Shown piece after piece: positions 17,619 through 27,204 of a stretch of 59,919 nt of DNA. Under the pieces are notes generated by a model. The model did no database searches. It saw only the letters and a program-made list of their open reading frames with translations, and had not been told where the DNA came from. The translations under genes were made by a program, and so were the position numbers. Every line of letters begins with the position of its first letter. The first letter of the stretch is position 1. Source of the DNA: a virus; the UHGV virus genome UHGV-0342645. One strand, given 5' to 3'.

Positions 17619-17920
17619 GCATTGTAAATACTATCTGCGAAGCAATCTATGCAGAGCTTATCCGTGAAAACGTAAATAATGAGGACAATAACCAAATCCA
17701 AAAGATTTTGGTTGATCATAAAACTTATGCAGAGATTCGTCACGACAATGCTTTTCCTCATTGGTGTCATATTTATTATCCGCGTCGTGAGGATGAATCT
17801 ATTGTACTTACAATCATGGGCTATGCTATTGTTCCAACTTATGAAGTACAAGGTTTTGAAATACTTCTAAGAGGTGGTACTTTAGCACCAAAAGCGGCAA
17901 AGGGAACCGCGCAAAATTGA
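17615..17920 (+). CDS. hypothetical protein
   Basis: 101 aa; start overlaps the upstream stop. Confidence 0.45.
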   Translation: MSIVNTICEAIYAELIRENVNNEDNNQIQKILVDHKTYAEIRHDNAFPHWCHIYYPRREDESIVLTIMGYAIVPTYEVQGFEILLRGGTLAPKAAKGTAQN

Positions 17921-17923
17921 AGC

Positions 17924-18264
17924 TTGCCATTCAAGACTGCATCCTTTAAGATAACCACAGTTAACGAGGTTTAACAATTTAACAACATTAACTTAGTGAA
18001 CGATGCTTAACTCAAGCCCTTGAAAGTGGTAGCTGTACCTCCTTACAGCAACTACTTTCGCTGGGCTTCCTGGAGCGGACAGGGTAAACCCGCAACTTAC
18101 TGAACGATGTGAACGATGTTTAACGCGACGGCGCCAGATGTACCAAACCGTCACCAGCCTTTGGCGAGGCTGTACAAGTAGGCCAGGATAGACGAAGACG
18201 GCAGTCAAAGTAAGCTATCCGACAATCAAGAGAGCCCAGGAATCCTTATGCCTGGGCTTTTTTG
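17924..18264 (+). ncRNA. candidate non-coding transcription unit of about 300 nt: promoter-like TTGCCA-17-TAAGAT (17924-17952), internal GTGAACGATG(N)TTAAC repeats (17996-18011, 18109-18125) and TTAAC clusters, ending in a strong intrinsic terminator (18233-18264)
   Basis: No protein-coding ORF with an RBS occupies the region; the terminator is AGCCCAGG-loop-CCTGGGCT followed by TTTTTT. Confidence 0.35.
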
Positions 18265-18338
18265 TTCCTTGAGATCAACAGAACTTCAATATAAAATTCT
18301 TTATGAAGTGTTTTACATTAAAGTTATGGAGACAAACA

Positions 18339-18805
18339 TGGCAGTAAATATTCGCGCTAAAGGTCAACGCGGTGAGCGGGAAGTATGCGATTTCTTTAAT
18401 GCAATTTATGCCGAAATCTACGCAGAGCTGGGGATGCAGTTACCGGAAAAACCTATTGCTCAGCGTAACCAGAATCAAAGTGCGGTCGGTGGTTGCGACA
18501 TTAGCAATACGTGTCACCATGCGGTTGAAGTAAAAAACCATGCTACGCCACAAGTAAACACATGGTGGAAGCAGACTGTTCAATCTGCTAAAGAACTTGG
18601 CAGATATCCAGTTCTCATGTATAAAATAGAACGGAAAGGATGGAAGGTTGTTCTACCGCTCAATCCAGTTGTCTTTAGCAATGGTGAGTGGCAGTGGTAC
18701 GAAGTTAAAGATTCCATCCGCGCGGAGATTAGTCTTGATGACTATCGCATTATTTTTAAAGCTCACGCGAAACAATGGTTAATTGATCGCGGTTCAATTC
18801 AATAA
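18339..18805 (+). CDS. VRR-NUC / PD-(D/E)xK-like nuclease
   Basis: Start refined to MAVNIRAKG, with GGAGA RBS; it lies after the terminator that overlaps the longer six-frame ORF. The D...EVK pattern (GCDISNTCHHAVEVKNH) is typical of the VRR-NUC fold. Confidence 0.45.
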
Positions 18806-18814
18806 GGTGAAATT

Positions 18815-19417
18815 ATGACTGACGTATTAAATAACATGCACACTATTTCTATAACTGATTCTAGCGTAACTGATTCTAGCGTAACTGTTACACCCTTTGC
18901 GCCAACTCTTCTCGGGGTGAAGCGGTTAACTGATACGGCAATTCTACCAGCGTTCGCTACTGCTGGGGCAGCTTGCTTTGACCTGCACGCGGATCTCAAA
19001 AGTGAAGACGGTTGTGAACAAATCATTTTCTCTTACGAGCACATATTCCGCACAGGGTTGGCGTTTGATATCCCTAAAGGGTATGCGCTTATGGTCTATT
19101 CCCGTAGTGGACACGGATTCAAAAATGACGTGCGTTTGGCAAACTGCGTGGGCGTTATTGATAGCGATTACACTGGCGAAGTTAAAGTTAAGCTTACTAT
19201 TGATCATGATGGTAGTTTTACCGTTAGTCATGGTGATCGTATTGCGCAAGCTATGCTTATTAAGGTGCCTTGCGTGCAACTGGTAGAAGTAGACGAGCTT
19301 AAGACTACTGAGCGCGGTGCTAATGGCTTCGGGTCCACTGGTACGTCTGCCAATGTGGTTACAGCAGAGGAAGAAGCTGCTACGCATCCAATTATAACTT
19401 CCCGCTATTTGAAATAG
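18815..19417 (+). CDS. dut: dUTP diphosphatase (trimeric dUTPase)
   Basis: Motif RSGHGF and GVIDSDYTGEV (dUTPase motif III); C-terminal Gly-rich RGANGFGSTG (motif V). The N-terminal extension carries a 15-bp tandem duplication (18853-18882). Confidence 0.8.
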   Translation: MTDVLNNMHTISITDSSVTDSSVTVTPFAPTLLGVKRLTDTAILPAFATAGAACFDLHADLKSEDGCEQIIFSYEHIFRTGLAFDIPKGYALMVYSRSGHGFKNDVRLANCVGVIDSDYTGEVKVKLTIDHDGSFTVSHGDRIAQAMLIKVPCVQLVEVDELKTTERGANGFGSTGTSANVVTAEEEAATHPIITSRYLK

Positions 19418-19424
19418 GTTATTT

Positions 19425-19598
19425 ATGGGTAAACGGAAGAAAAAGTTATCAAAGCAAGTAATATCTGACATGGAACCCTATACACCTTGTCAGATACCTG
19501 AAGCGTATAAGCCTTCACCATTAATGGAGGATGCTGAATGGAGGAAGGTTGCTAGATTACTAATCCGTTTAAAAAGATTAATTGATACGAATTGAGTC
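19425..19598 (+). CDS. possible small basic protein (MGKRKKKLSKQ...)
   Basis: 57-aa ORF below the track threshold; weak RBS. Confidence 0.2.
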
Positions 19599-19658
19599 TT
19601 GCCCTGCCACATGGATGTGCTATTATACATACATCGAAACACAACAGAGGACAGAAAA

Positions 19659-20069
19659 ATGTTCGACGCAGATAAAGCAGTACAAGCAACAGAAGCAGAT
19701 GTAATTGAGTGGTATAAAACTAAAGCGGAATTGCAGAAGCTGCAAGCTCGTGAGCGAGCACTCCGTGATAAGATTATTAAGTCCTATTTTCCAGCGCCGT
19801 CTGAGGGGACTAATAAAGTTGAAATTACTGGCGGGGTTATGAAGATGACCCACAAGATTGATCGTAAGATTGATCTTCCAAGCCTTAACGGAATCCTGGG
19901 CGATCTGATTAAAGTTGGTGTTAACGTTGATCAGCTTGTGGAAAATAAACCTGTATTGAAAGTTGCAGCTTGGCGTAAACTTACAGCGGAGCAAGCCGCA
20001 GTCTTCAACCAGTGTGTTGAATCTAAAGTTGGATCTGCGTCACTGGAAATTGTTCCAAATAAAGCTTAA
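19659..20069 (+). CDS. hypothetical protein
   Basis: Start refined to MFDADKAV, with AGAGGA RBS; 136 aa. Confidence 0.5.
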   Translation: MFDADKAVQATEADVIEWYKTKAELQKLQARERALRDKIIKSYFPAPSEGTNKVEITGGVMKMTHKIDRKIDLPSLNGILGDLIKVGVNVDQLVENKPVLKVAAWRKLTAEQAAVFNQCVESKVGSASLEIVPNKA

Positions 20070-20110
20070 CCACATTAACGGGCGGTTGATCCGCCCGAGA
20101 GGAAACTAAA

Positions 20111-20902
20111 ATGCGTAAAGAATCTCAGAAAGCTTATCATGCCCTGTTAAAAGGTGTTGTAACTGTCAAAGTTAAGTTTGAAGCAGGTGGTCGTCTTTAT
20201 ACCTACCGTGCTTTGGAAAGCGACGAATTACAGCCGGGCGATACTGTTGTAATTCAATATAACGGCAAGTTCTTTACTACGGAAGTAGTAGAAGTGGATC
20301 AGTATCCGGACTTCAGCAAGGATGTTGAATATAAATGGATTGTGTGCAAAGTGGACGAAGAACGCTATGCCCACTTCCTGGAACAGGAACACATGTTCGA
20401 ACAACAGATGTTGGCTTTGTCCGCAAACAAAGAAGCAGAAGCGACCAAGAAAGAACTGATCGAGTTGTACGGTGAAGAAAATGTCGGTTATTTAGCAGGT
20501 ATTGCTCAGGGTAAAGTAATGGTCCCGACATTGAATGACGTTATTGAAACTATGCTACACAACTTTGCGGATGGTACAGATCTTAACGGTAGTGTTGTTG
20601 AGTTTAAAACCGGACCTTATAATGACGAAGCTGTACAACGTCAGAAAGATTTATATGTACAGGTGCTTGGTCGCGGCTTACGCACAATGGAAGGTCCGCG
20701 TGTAGACTGGGAAAGCCGTTACAATAAACACATTGCAAACATGTATACTCTGAACGGTTTCACATGGCATGACTTTATGGCACCGGGCGCAAATAAGGAG
20801 AATAAAGAGGAGGTGAAAGCTGCTAAGATTTTGTTTGATCGTTTCAAACGCAAACAGTACCCGATTGAGAAATATATCGAAGAGTTCAAAGACAAATTAT
20901 AA
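20111..20902 (+). CDS. hypothetical protein
   Basis: 263 aa; GAGAGGA RBS. Confidence 0.55.
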   Translation: MRKESQKAYHALLKGVVTVKVKFEAGGRLYTYRALESDELQPGDTVVIQYNGKFFTTEVVEVDQYPDFSKDVEYKWIVCKVDEERYAHFLEQEHMFEQQMLALSANKEAEATKKELIELYGEENVGYLAGIAQGKVMVPTLNDVIETMLHNFADGTDLNGSVVEFKTGPYNDEAVQRQKDLYVQVLGRGLRTMEGPRVDWESRYNKHIANMYTLNGFTWHDFMAPGANKENKEEVKAAKILFDRFKRKQYPIEKYIEEFKDKL

Positions 20903-20909
20903 TAAACTA

Positions 20910-20932
20910 AAGGGGGAGCAAGCCCCCTTTTT
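20910..20932 (+). terminator. intrinsic terminator (GGGGG-AGCAAG-CCCCC-TTTTT)
   Basis: GC stem followed by a T5 run, immediately after the stop at 20902. Confidence 0.6.
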
Positions 20933-20946
20933 AACAGGAGTTATTA

Positions 20947-21590
20947 TGAGAGTAACAATTATTTCTGATGCAAGTTTTTGTCCAAATACAAAAGCCGCAG
21001 GCTATGGTGGATGGGTAGTTTGCAACCGCGGAAGTAATGCTAATGGTGGTCCATTACGCGGCGCTCCGGATAACAATGCAGCCGAAACAATGGCAATTTG
21101 CAATGTTATTTGGGAAGGATTCAAAGCTAACTTAATTCATTCTGGTGATCATTTAGTTGTCCAGACAGATTGTTCAACTGCTATTAAAGTGTACAAGGAA
21201 GCAAGTTGGAAAAGCGAGCAAGAAGGTGTCGCTTTCAAGTGGTTGAACGATCAACTTCGTAAATATAACCTTACTATTGAGTTTCGTCATGTTAAAGGTC
21301 ATACGAGTAATCAGGACCAACGTAGCAAAGCTCAAAGATTCTGCGATGAACGTGCGCGTTCTGCTATGCGGCTGGAAAGAAGCAAAATTCGTTTGCAGGA
21401 ATGCAAAGAGCTTATTTCCGAAGCAAAGAAAAAGGAAAATAGACCTAAAAAGGGCAGCGGGCATTTACGTCGCAATACTCGCCTAAACCAGAAAGCAGAA
21501 ACCGTTTGGCGGCGTTCTATGGGTAAAGGTATGGGTGTAAATTCAATTACAACTCGCTCGGACTGGTCAGACTTTGACTATGAAATGTAA
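20947..21590 (+). CDS. rnh: RNase H (RNase HI-like)
   Basis: Start refined to MRVTIISDASF, with AGGAG RBS. Catalytic-type residues are in canonical order (D in SDAS, E in AAETMA, D in HVKGHTSNQD). Confidence 0.65.
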
Positions 21591-21599
21591 GGAGGGGAT

Positions 21600-22514
21600 A
21601 TGGCATTCAAGCCACATTTAGCAACTGACGCGGTTGAAGAAAAGATTAAGTTTCCGTGCTGCATACTGCCTAAAATCGACGGTGTGCGCGGTTTAAATCC
21701 GGATGGGCAAATAGTAGGGCGCAGCTTAAAGCTGTTTAAAAACCGCCATACAAGCGCAATTTTCAGCGGTCCTCAATACATGGGCTATGACGGTGAGCTT
21801 GCAGCAGGAGTTGAAACGGACCCGGATCTGTGCCGTAAAACAACCAGTGCGGTAAATACAATTGAAGGTGAGCCATTCCTGAAATGGCACATCTTTGATC
21901 TGTGCGCGGAAAGTGTTGCAGAGCTGGGCTATGAAGCACGCTACAACATGATGAAAGACTTTATAACCACACAGCACGCGAAAGGTGAACTGCTCGATCT
22001 GCAAGTTGTGCCGATGTATGTGGTTAAGTCTTTGCAAGAGCTGCTCTACTGGGAAAACATCTGGCTTGATATGGGCTATGAAGGTATTATTATCCGCGAT
22101 CCTGAAAAGCCTTATAAGCATGGGCGCGGTACAGTTCGTGAAGGCGGATATCTTCGTATTAAACGCTTTATTCAGGAAGACGCTATTGTCCTCGATATTA
22201 TTGAGGGTGAAACTAATCTTAATGAAGTTACTGTTAACGAGCTGGGAAGGACTACACGATCTTCACATCAGGAAAATAAAGTTCCTAACGGTATGATCGG
22301 GACGCTTGTTTGTAAAGACGTCAAGACTGGCAATACAATCAACGTTAGTCCTGGTAAACTAACGCAAGAGGATAAGATTTATTATTGGAATAACCCTGAC
22401 AAGATTAAAGGTCGGACTATTTCATATAAACACTTTCCTCATGGCGTTAAAGATAAACCGCGTTTTGCTAACTTTATGCATTTCCGCGATGAAACTGATC
22501 AGGCTTTAGATTAA
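21600..22514 (+). CDS. lig: ATP-dependent DNA ligase
   Basis: Adenylation motif I K-x-DG-x-R (LPKIDGVRGL); 304 aa, similar in size to small phage ligases. Confidence 0.8.
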   Translation: MAFKPHLATDAVEEKIKFPCCILPKIDGVRGLNPDGQIVGRSLKLFKNRHTSAIFSGPQYMGYDGELAAGVETDPDLCRKTTSAVNTIEGEPFLKWHIFDLCAESVAELGYEARYNMMKDFITTQHAKGELLDLQVVPMYVVKSLQELLYWENIWLDMGYEGIIIRDPEKPYKHGRGTVREGGYLRIKRFIQEDAIVLDIIEGETNLNEVTVNELGRTTRSSHQENKVPNGMIGTLVCKDVKTGNTINVSPGKLTQEDKIYYWNNPDKIKGRTISYKHFPHGVKDKPRFANFMHFRDETDQALD

Positions 22515-22579
22515 AAAGTAATTGAGGGTTCAAAGTATATTACGTTACAATGAGCACGAACTTAAAAGAGAGGCGTTAA

Positions 22580-23308
22580 ATGGCCATTGAAATTAAAATG
22601 TCTTCACAAGTAGTGCAAGACACAGGCGTTAAAATTCTGGTTTACGGTGAAGCGGGTATGGGTAAAACCAGCCTTGTAGCGACGCTACCTAAACCAATTT
22701 TGATCAGCGCAGAGTCCGGTCTGTTATCTATTGCAGCGGAAAACCTTAATCGCGTTTATGGTAACATGGGATTGCCGATCGTTTATGATATCCCAGTTAT
22801 TGAAGTTAAATGTCTGGAGAACGTTGAAGCTGCTTATCAGTGGTGTGTAACTCCAGCTAACCAGCAGTATTTCGATTCTATTGCGCTTGACAGCTTGAGC
22901 GAAATTGCTGAACAATGTTTAAATAATGCGAAAAAAGGAACAAAAGATCCTCGTCAAGCTTATGGTACTTTGCTTGAAAAGATGCAAGATCTGATCCGTA
23001 AATTTCGCGATATTCCTGGCAAACATGTTTATATGTCTGCTAAAATGGGCAAAGACAAAGATGAAGTCTCCGGTGTTACCGCGTATGCTCCATCTATGCC
23101 TGGGTCCAAATTGGGGCAAATGCTCCCTTATTTCTTCGACGAAGTGTTTCGTCTGAATGTAAATAAGGATCAGCAAGGTAACTCGTATCGTTACTTGCAA
23201 ACTCAACCGGACTTTAATACAATCGCTAAGGATCGTTCGGGACGTTTAGATGCGGTTGAAGTCCCACACTTAGGTTCTGTTATCAACAAAATGAAAGGTA
23301 TCAACTAA
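22580..23308 (+). CDS. Sak4-like RecA-fold ATPase (single-strand annealing/recombination, AAA_24-like)
   Basis: Walker A VYGEAGMGKTS near the N-terminus; 242 aa; followed by an SSB-like gene and a Cas4-like nuclease, as in Sak4 recombination modules. Confidence 0.6.
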   Translation: MAIEIKMSSQVVQDTGVKILVYGEAGMGKTSLVATLPKPILISAESGLLSIAAENLNRVYGNMGLPIVYDIPVIEVKCLENVEAAYQWCVTPANQQYFDSIALDSLSEIAEQCLNNAKKGTKDPRQAYGTLLEKMQDLIRKFRDIPGKHVYMSAKMGKDKDEVSGVTAYAPSMPGSKLGQMLPYFFDEVFRLNVNKDQQGNSYRYLQTQPDFNTIAKDRSGRLDAVEVPHLGSVINKMKGIN

Positions 23309-24192
23309 TGACTATGCCAACTAATTTCCACTTTGACGCGAGCAGCTATCAAGCACCTTCTTACGGCGCATTGCCGAAAGGTTGGTATAAAGCAGTAATT
23401 GAAGCATCTGAATTTAAACCGACCAAAAATGGCGGTATGGCAATCCAGGTAACGTTTAGCATCATTGACGGTTTTGCTAAAGGTCGTAAAATCTTTGCTC
23501 GTTATAACGTCATTAACGACAACGAAGATACTGTACGCATCGCTTACGAGCAGTTGGGCGCTCTTTCCCACGCTGTAGGCGTAATTCGCTGGGATACTCC
23601 TGCTCAATTGCATAACATTCCGCTGAACCTGCGTCTGAAAGTTCGTTCTCAGGAAGGTTATGAAGACAGCAACGAGCCTAACGGTTACGCTAACATTAAC
23701 GATCCGGTTAAATATGCGGAAAAAGCAGCAGAGGCTCCATCAATGGGTGCTCCAGCAGTAGCTAACCCGTTTGGTGCAGGTGCGCCAGCACAGCAGCCAA
23801 CTTTCCCGGGCGCAGCGCCACAGCAGCCAGCAGCTAACCCGTTTGCTCAGCAACAGCAAGCACCTGTACAACAGCAAGCTCCGGTGCAGCAACAGCAGCC
23901 AGTTCAGCAGCCTGTGCAGCAGCAACCAGCACCGCAGCAGGGCACAGCAGCTCAACCGTGGCAGAATGCCGCACCGCAGCCGTGGGATAACCCTGCTCAA
24001 AACGCAGCGCTACAGCAGCCAGTTCAGCAAGCTCCGGTACAACAGCCAGTAGCGCCGGAAGCAGCTCAGCAACCGTGGGCGCAGCAGGTAGCGCAGCCGG
24101 GTCAGGCAGCGGCACCGCAGCAGCAAGCGCAGCCACAGCAGCAAGCTGAACCGCATCCGGCACAAGCCGCAGTCCCGCCGTGGCAGCAGTAA
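23308..24192 (+). CDS. putative ssDNA-binding protein with a long Gln/Pro/Ala-rich low-complexity C-terminal tail
   Basis: The N-terminal about 140 aa are globular; the C-terminal about 150 aa are QQPVQQ/APQQ repeats; position is immediately after Sak4. Confidence 0.45.
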   Translation: MTMPTNFHFDASSYQAPSYGALPKGWYKAVIEASEFKPTKNGGMAIQVTFSIIDGFAKGRKIFARYNVINDNEDTVRIAYEQLGALSHAVGVIRWDTPAQLHNIPLNLRLKVRSQEGYEDSNEPNGYANINDPVKYAEKAAEAPSMGAPAVANPFGAGAPAQQPTFPGAAPQQPAANPFAQQQQAPVQQQAPVQQQQPVQQPVQQQPAPQQGTAAQPWQNAAPQPWDNPAQNAALQQPVQQAPVQQPVAPEAAQQPWAQQVAQPGQAAAPQQQAQPQQQAEPHPAQAAVPPWQQ

Positions 24193-24218
24193 GTTAACCC
24201 TCCCTCTGTAGTGTCCCT

Positions 24219-24246
24219 AAGCCGTCGAAAGACGGCTTATTTTTCT
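24219..24246 (+). terminator. intrinsic terminator (AAGCCGTC-GAAA-GACGGCTT-ATTTTTCT)
   Basis: GNRA-loop hairpin plus U-tract after the stop at 24192. Confidence 0.6.
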
Positions 24247-24257
24247 AAGGTACTCCA

Positions 24258-25166
24258 ATGGCTATTTATATTGCAGAAAAAACACTTCAAGCAATCAATG
24301 ACGGTGTGCAAAAAGATCAGGGCGGGACTTACCGTAAATATCTCGGCGTAGTTATTCCTACAATTGAAGACGCATATCGTCCTGAAAGCGGAAACCGCAG
24401 CCACTTAGGCGCTTCCCTTATTGGACAACAATGTGCTCGCAAGCTGTTCTACGGATATCGCTGGGCTACGCGTAAAGAGTTTGATGGACGCCAGCTTCGA
24501 TTGTTTAACCGCGGACATCTGGAAGAAGCGCGCTTTATTGCTATGCTTCTTGCGGCAGGTATGCAGGTCTACCAGCAGGATGAAAACGGACACCAGTTCC
24601 GTATTAGCGAAGCTGGCGGACACTTTGGTGGTTCCTGTGATGGTGTGGTTATAGGTTGTCCGGATGTTCAGCCTGGGATGCCTGTGCTTACTGAAATGAA
24701 GACCCACAACGATAAGTCTTTCAAGAAACTGAAAGCTAAAGGTGTCAAAGAAGCTAAACCTGAGCACTATGTGCAGATGAACGTGTATATGCGAAAGCTT
24801 GGACTTGGTGCAGCGTTATATCTTGCTGTAAACAAGAACGATGATGAAGTTTACGCAGAAATTATTCCATTTGATCCGGTCACTGCGGACATGTATATTG
24901 ATCGTGGTGTGCAGATTGCTATTGCTACGGATATTCCTGACCGTGCATTCAAAGACTCTACCTTCTTCGAATGCAAATGGTGCGACCACTCCTCATTGTG
25001 CTGGCGTAAAACTATGCCGGAAGTAAACTGTCGTACATGTCAATTTCTTGAGCCAAAAGATGATGGAACATGGTATTGCAATTTCCATTCCGTTGCAGTA
25101 GATACGCAGGGTCAAAAAGTTGGTTGTCAAAACTATCAAGTAGCTAACTATTACGGGAAAGATTGA
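24258..25166 (+). CDS. Cas4/RecB-like PD-(D/E)xK exonuclease with C-terminal Cys cluster
   Basis: D..E.K arrangement (GSCDGVVIG...LTEMKTHN); C-terminal CKWCDHSSLC...C..C suggests an Fe-S or Zn cluster as in Cas4-family nucleases. Confidence 0.6.
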   Translation: MAIYIAEKTLQAINDGVQKDQGGTYRKYLGVVIPTIEDAYRPESGNRSHLGASLIGQQCARKLFYGYRWATRKEFDGRQLRLFNRGHLEEARFIAMLLAAGMQVYQQDENGHQFRISEAGGHFGGSCDGVVIGCPDVQPGMPVLTEMKTHNDKSFKKLKAKGVKEAKPEHYVQMNVYMRKLGLGAALYLAVNKNDDEVYAEIIPFDPVTADMYIDRGVQIAIATDIPDRAFKDSTFFECKWCDHSSLCWRKTMPEVNCRTCQFLEPKDDGTWYCNFHSVAVDTQGQKVGCQNYQVANYYGKD

Positions 25167-27145
25167 TTATGCATCTCCGCGATTATCAACAGGAAGCAGT
25201 TTATAGCGTATTCCGCTATTTTGATGCCGAAAAGGGTAACGCGGGGAACCCTTTGATCCTGTTACCAACAGGGACAGGAAAATCGCTCGTTATCGCGGGG
25301 TTCCTCGATCTGCTTTATAAATGGTATCCAAACCAGCGCGTAATGATGTTAACTCACGTCAAAGAGTTGATCGCGCAAAACTATGATAAATTAATGAAAG
25401 TCTGGCCTGAAGCGCCAGCAGGTATTTACAGCGCTGGTTTGAAGCGTAAAGAAGTTTATAATCTTATCACATTTGCGGGGGTTGCATCTGTTGCTAAGCA
25501 TCCTAAAAAGTTTGGCAAGGTTGATCTAATCTTTGTGGATGAAGCGCACCTTATTAGTCCTCGTGATGCAACAATGTATAAGAAGTTCTTTGCAGCATTG
25601 CGTGAAGTTAACCCGTATTTAAAAATTATCGGTCTTACCGCTACACCTTATCGACTGGGTTACGGCTCAATTGTTAAGGAAAACGAAGACGATGATGCTT
25701 TATTTGATAAAGTAACGTTTGATGCAACTACCCCTGAAGCCTTTAACTGGTTCCTGGAGCAAGGCTATTTGCTTCCGGTTGTGCCAAAGCGTACAAAGAT
25801 GGAACTGGACCTCAATGGTGTAGGGAAACGCGGCGGTGAGTTTATTCAGAGTGAGCTGCAAAGTGCGGTAAACCGCAACGACGCAACACTCCGCGCACTT
25901 GAGGAAGCCATTGAATGCGGTGAAGACCGTCAAAGCTGGCTTATATTTTGTTCTGGCATTGAACACGCTAAAGATGCGTGTGACATGCTGAACGATATGG
26001 GTATTAGTTGCGGATGTATTCACTCAAAGCTTGATGCAAAAGAGCGTGATGAAATTATTGAAAAGTTCAAGCGCGGGGAGTTTCGAGCATTAACGAACAA
26101 CAACGTCTTAACCACAGGTTTCGACCATCCGATGCTCGATCTAATTATTATGCTCCGCCCAACTGCCTCGGCGGTGCTATGGGTTCAGATGTTGGGTCGC
26201 GGTACGCGTCCGGTATACGCGGAAGGCTTTGATCTTTCCACGCAGGAAGGCCGCTTGCAAGCTATTGCAGCAAGCCCTAAGCAAAACTGTCTTGTACTGG
26301 ATTTCAGCGGTAATACGCGTCGTTTGGGCCCTATTAACGACCCTGTTAAACCCAAGCGCCCGGGCGAAAAAGGTGCTGGCACTGCTCCGGTTAAAGAATG
26401 CGATGTGTGCGGGTCGTATAATCATGCATCTGCTCGCTATTGCGGTGGCTTTGCACCAATTCCTATGGACAGCGTTACACAGGAACAAGTTCAACAATTA
26501 TATTTGAAGGGATTCAGACTACGTGGAACGGATTATGTTAAAGAAGGATTTTGCGGTCATGAGTTTAAGTTCCAGACCAAACTTAAAAAGGCAGCAAGTA
26601 CCGAAGCATTGATCAAGCAGGACATTCCTGTAGTTGAAGACTTTAAAGTTACGCATGTTACTTATGCGAAGCACACTAAACGCAATGACAGCTCTAAACC
26701 TCCAACAATGAAGGTGACTTATTATTGCGGTAGTAAAATATTCAGCGAATGGGTAGCTCTGCTTCATGGTGACTGGGCAGGTCGTAAAGCGGTTGCATGG
26801 TGGAAGAAAAGGACGCATCTACCTTTACCACAAACTATTGAAGAAGCTCTTGATGTTGCTGCAATGCTCAAAACGCCGAAATACATCAAAGTTCATACCA
26901 ATAAGAAATGGCCTGAGATATTGAACTATGATTATGATGGTACGTGTTTCGGTAAGTTTGAAGCACCACAGGAAGACGAAGCTATTCAAGTTAAAGTATA
27001 CGGGCAAGATGGAACAACCGAAGGTCCAAGCTATAACGATGATGTGAGCTGGGATGATATTGTTTCGCAGAATACGCAAGGTATAACAGTGAACAATGTG
27101 GTTAACCCTGTACAAGTAGATGATCCGGATTACGTTCCGTTCTAA
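25163..27145 (+). CDS. superfamily-2 DEAH-box DNA helicase
   Basis: Walker A LLPTGTGKS, motif II FVDEAH, motif III GLTATP; 660 aa. Confidence 0.8.
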   Translation: MIMHLRDYQQEAVYSVFRYFDAEKGNAGNPLILLPTGTGKSLVIAGFLDLLYKWYPNQRVMMLTHVKELIAQNYDKLMKVWPEAPAGIYSAGLKRKEVYNLITFAGVASVAKHPKKFGKVDLIFVDEAHLISPRDATMYKKFFAALREVNPYLKIIGLTATPYRLGYGSIVKENEDDDALFDKVTFDATTPEAFNWFLEQGYLLPVVPKRTKMELDLNGVGKRGGEFIQSELQSAVNRNDATLRALEEAIECGEDRQSWLIFCSGIEHAKDACDMLNDMGISCGCIHSKLDAKERDEIIEKFKRGEFRALTNNNVLTTGFDHPMLDLIIMLRPTASAVLWVQMLGRGTRPVYAEGFDLSTQEGRLQAIAASPKQNCLVLDFSGNTRRLGPINDPVKPKRPGEKGAGTAPVKECDVCGSYNHASARYCGGFAPIPMDSVTQEQVQQLYLKGFRLRGTDYVKEGFCGHEFKFQTKLKKAASTEALIKQDIPVVEDFKVTHVTYAKHTKRNDSSKPPTMKVTYYCGSKIFSEWVALLHGDWAGRKAVAWWKKRTHLPLPQTIEEALDVAAMLKTPKYIKVHTNKKWPEILNYDYDGTCFGKFEAPQEDEAIQVKVYGQDGTTEGPSYNDDVSWDDIVSQNTQGITVNNVVNPVQVDDPDYVPF

Positions 27146-27160
27146 TTGACTTCAACATCT

Positions 27161-27190
27161 AATGCCCCTACTATTGGGGCATTACTTATT
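27161..27190 (+). terminator. intrinsic terminator (AATGCCCC-loop-GGGGCATT)
   Basis: 8-bp stem after the stop at 27145, followed by a U-rich stretch. Confidence 0.5.
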
Positions 27191-27204
27191 TATAGGGGAT
27201 TGCA

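Noticed and set aside
17993-18208. 71-aa minus-strand ORF inside the candidate ncRNA region
   Set aside because: No Shine-Dalgarno sequence, antisense to the whole plus-strand block, and it overlaps the repeat and terminator elements.
17921-18232. Possible tRNA in the non-coding region before the terminator
   Set aside because: I could not find a GTTCRANYC T-loop consensus or a cloverleaf with matching acceptor stem by eye. I therefore report it as a generic ncRNA candidate instead.
23740-24163. Several antisense or alternative-frame ORFs across the Q/P-rich repeat of the SSB-like gene (for example 23834..24163 minus, 23771..24052 plus)
   Set aside because: Artefacts of the low-complexity CAG/CCG-type repeats, which are open in many frames.
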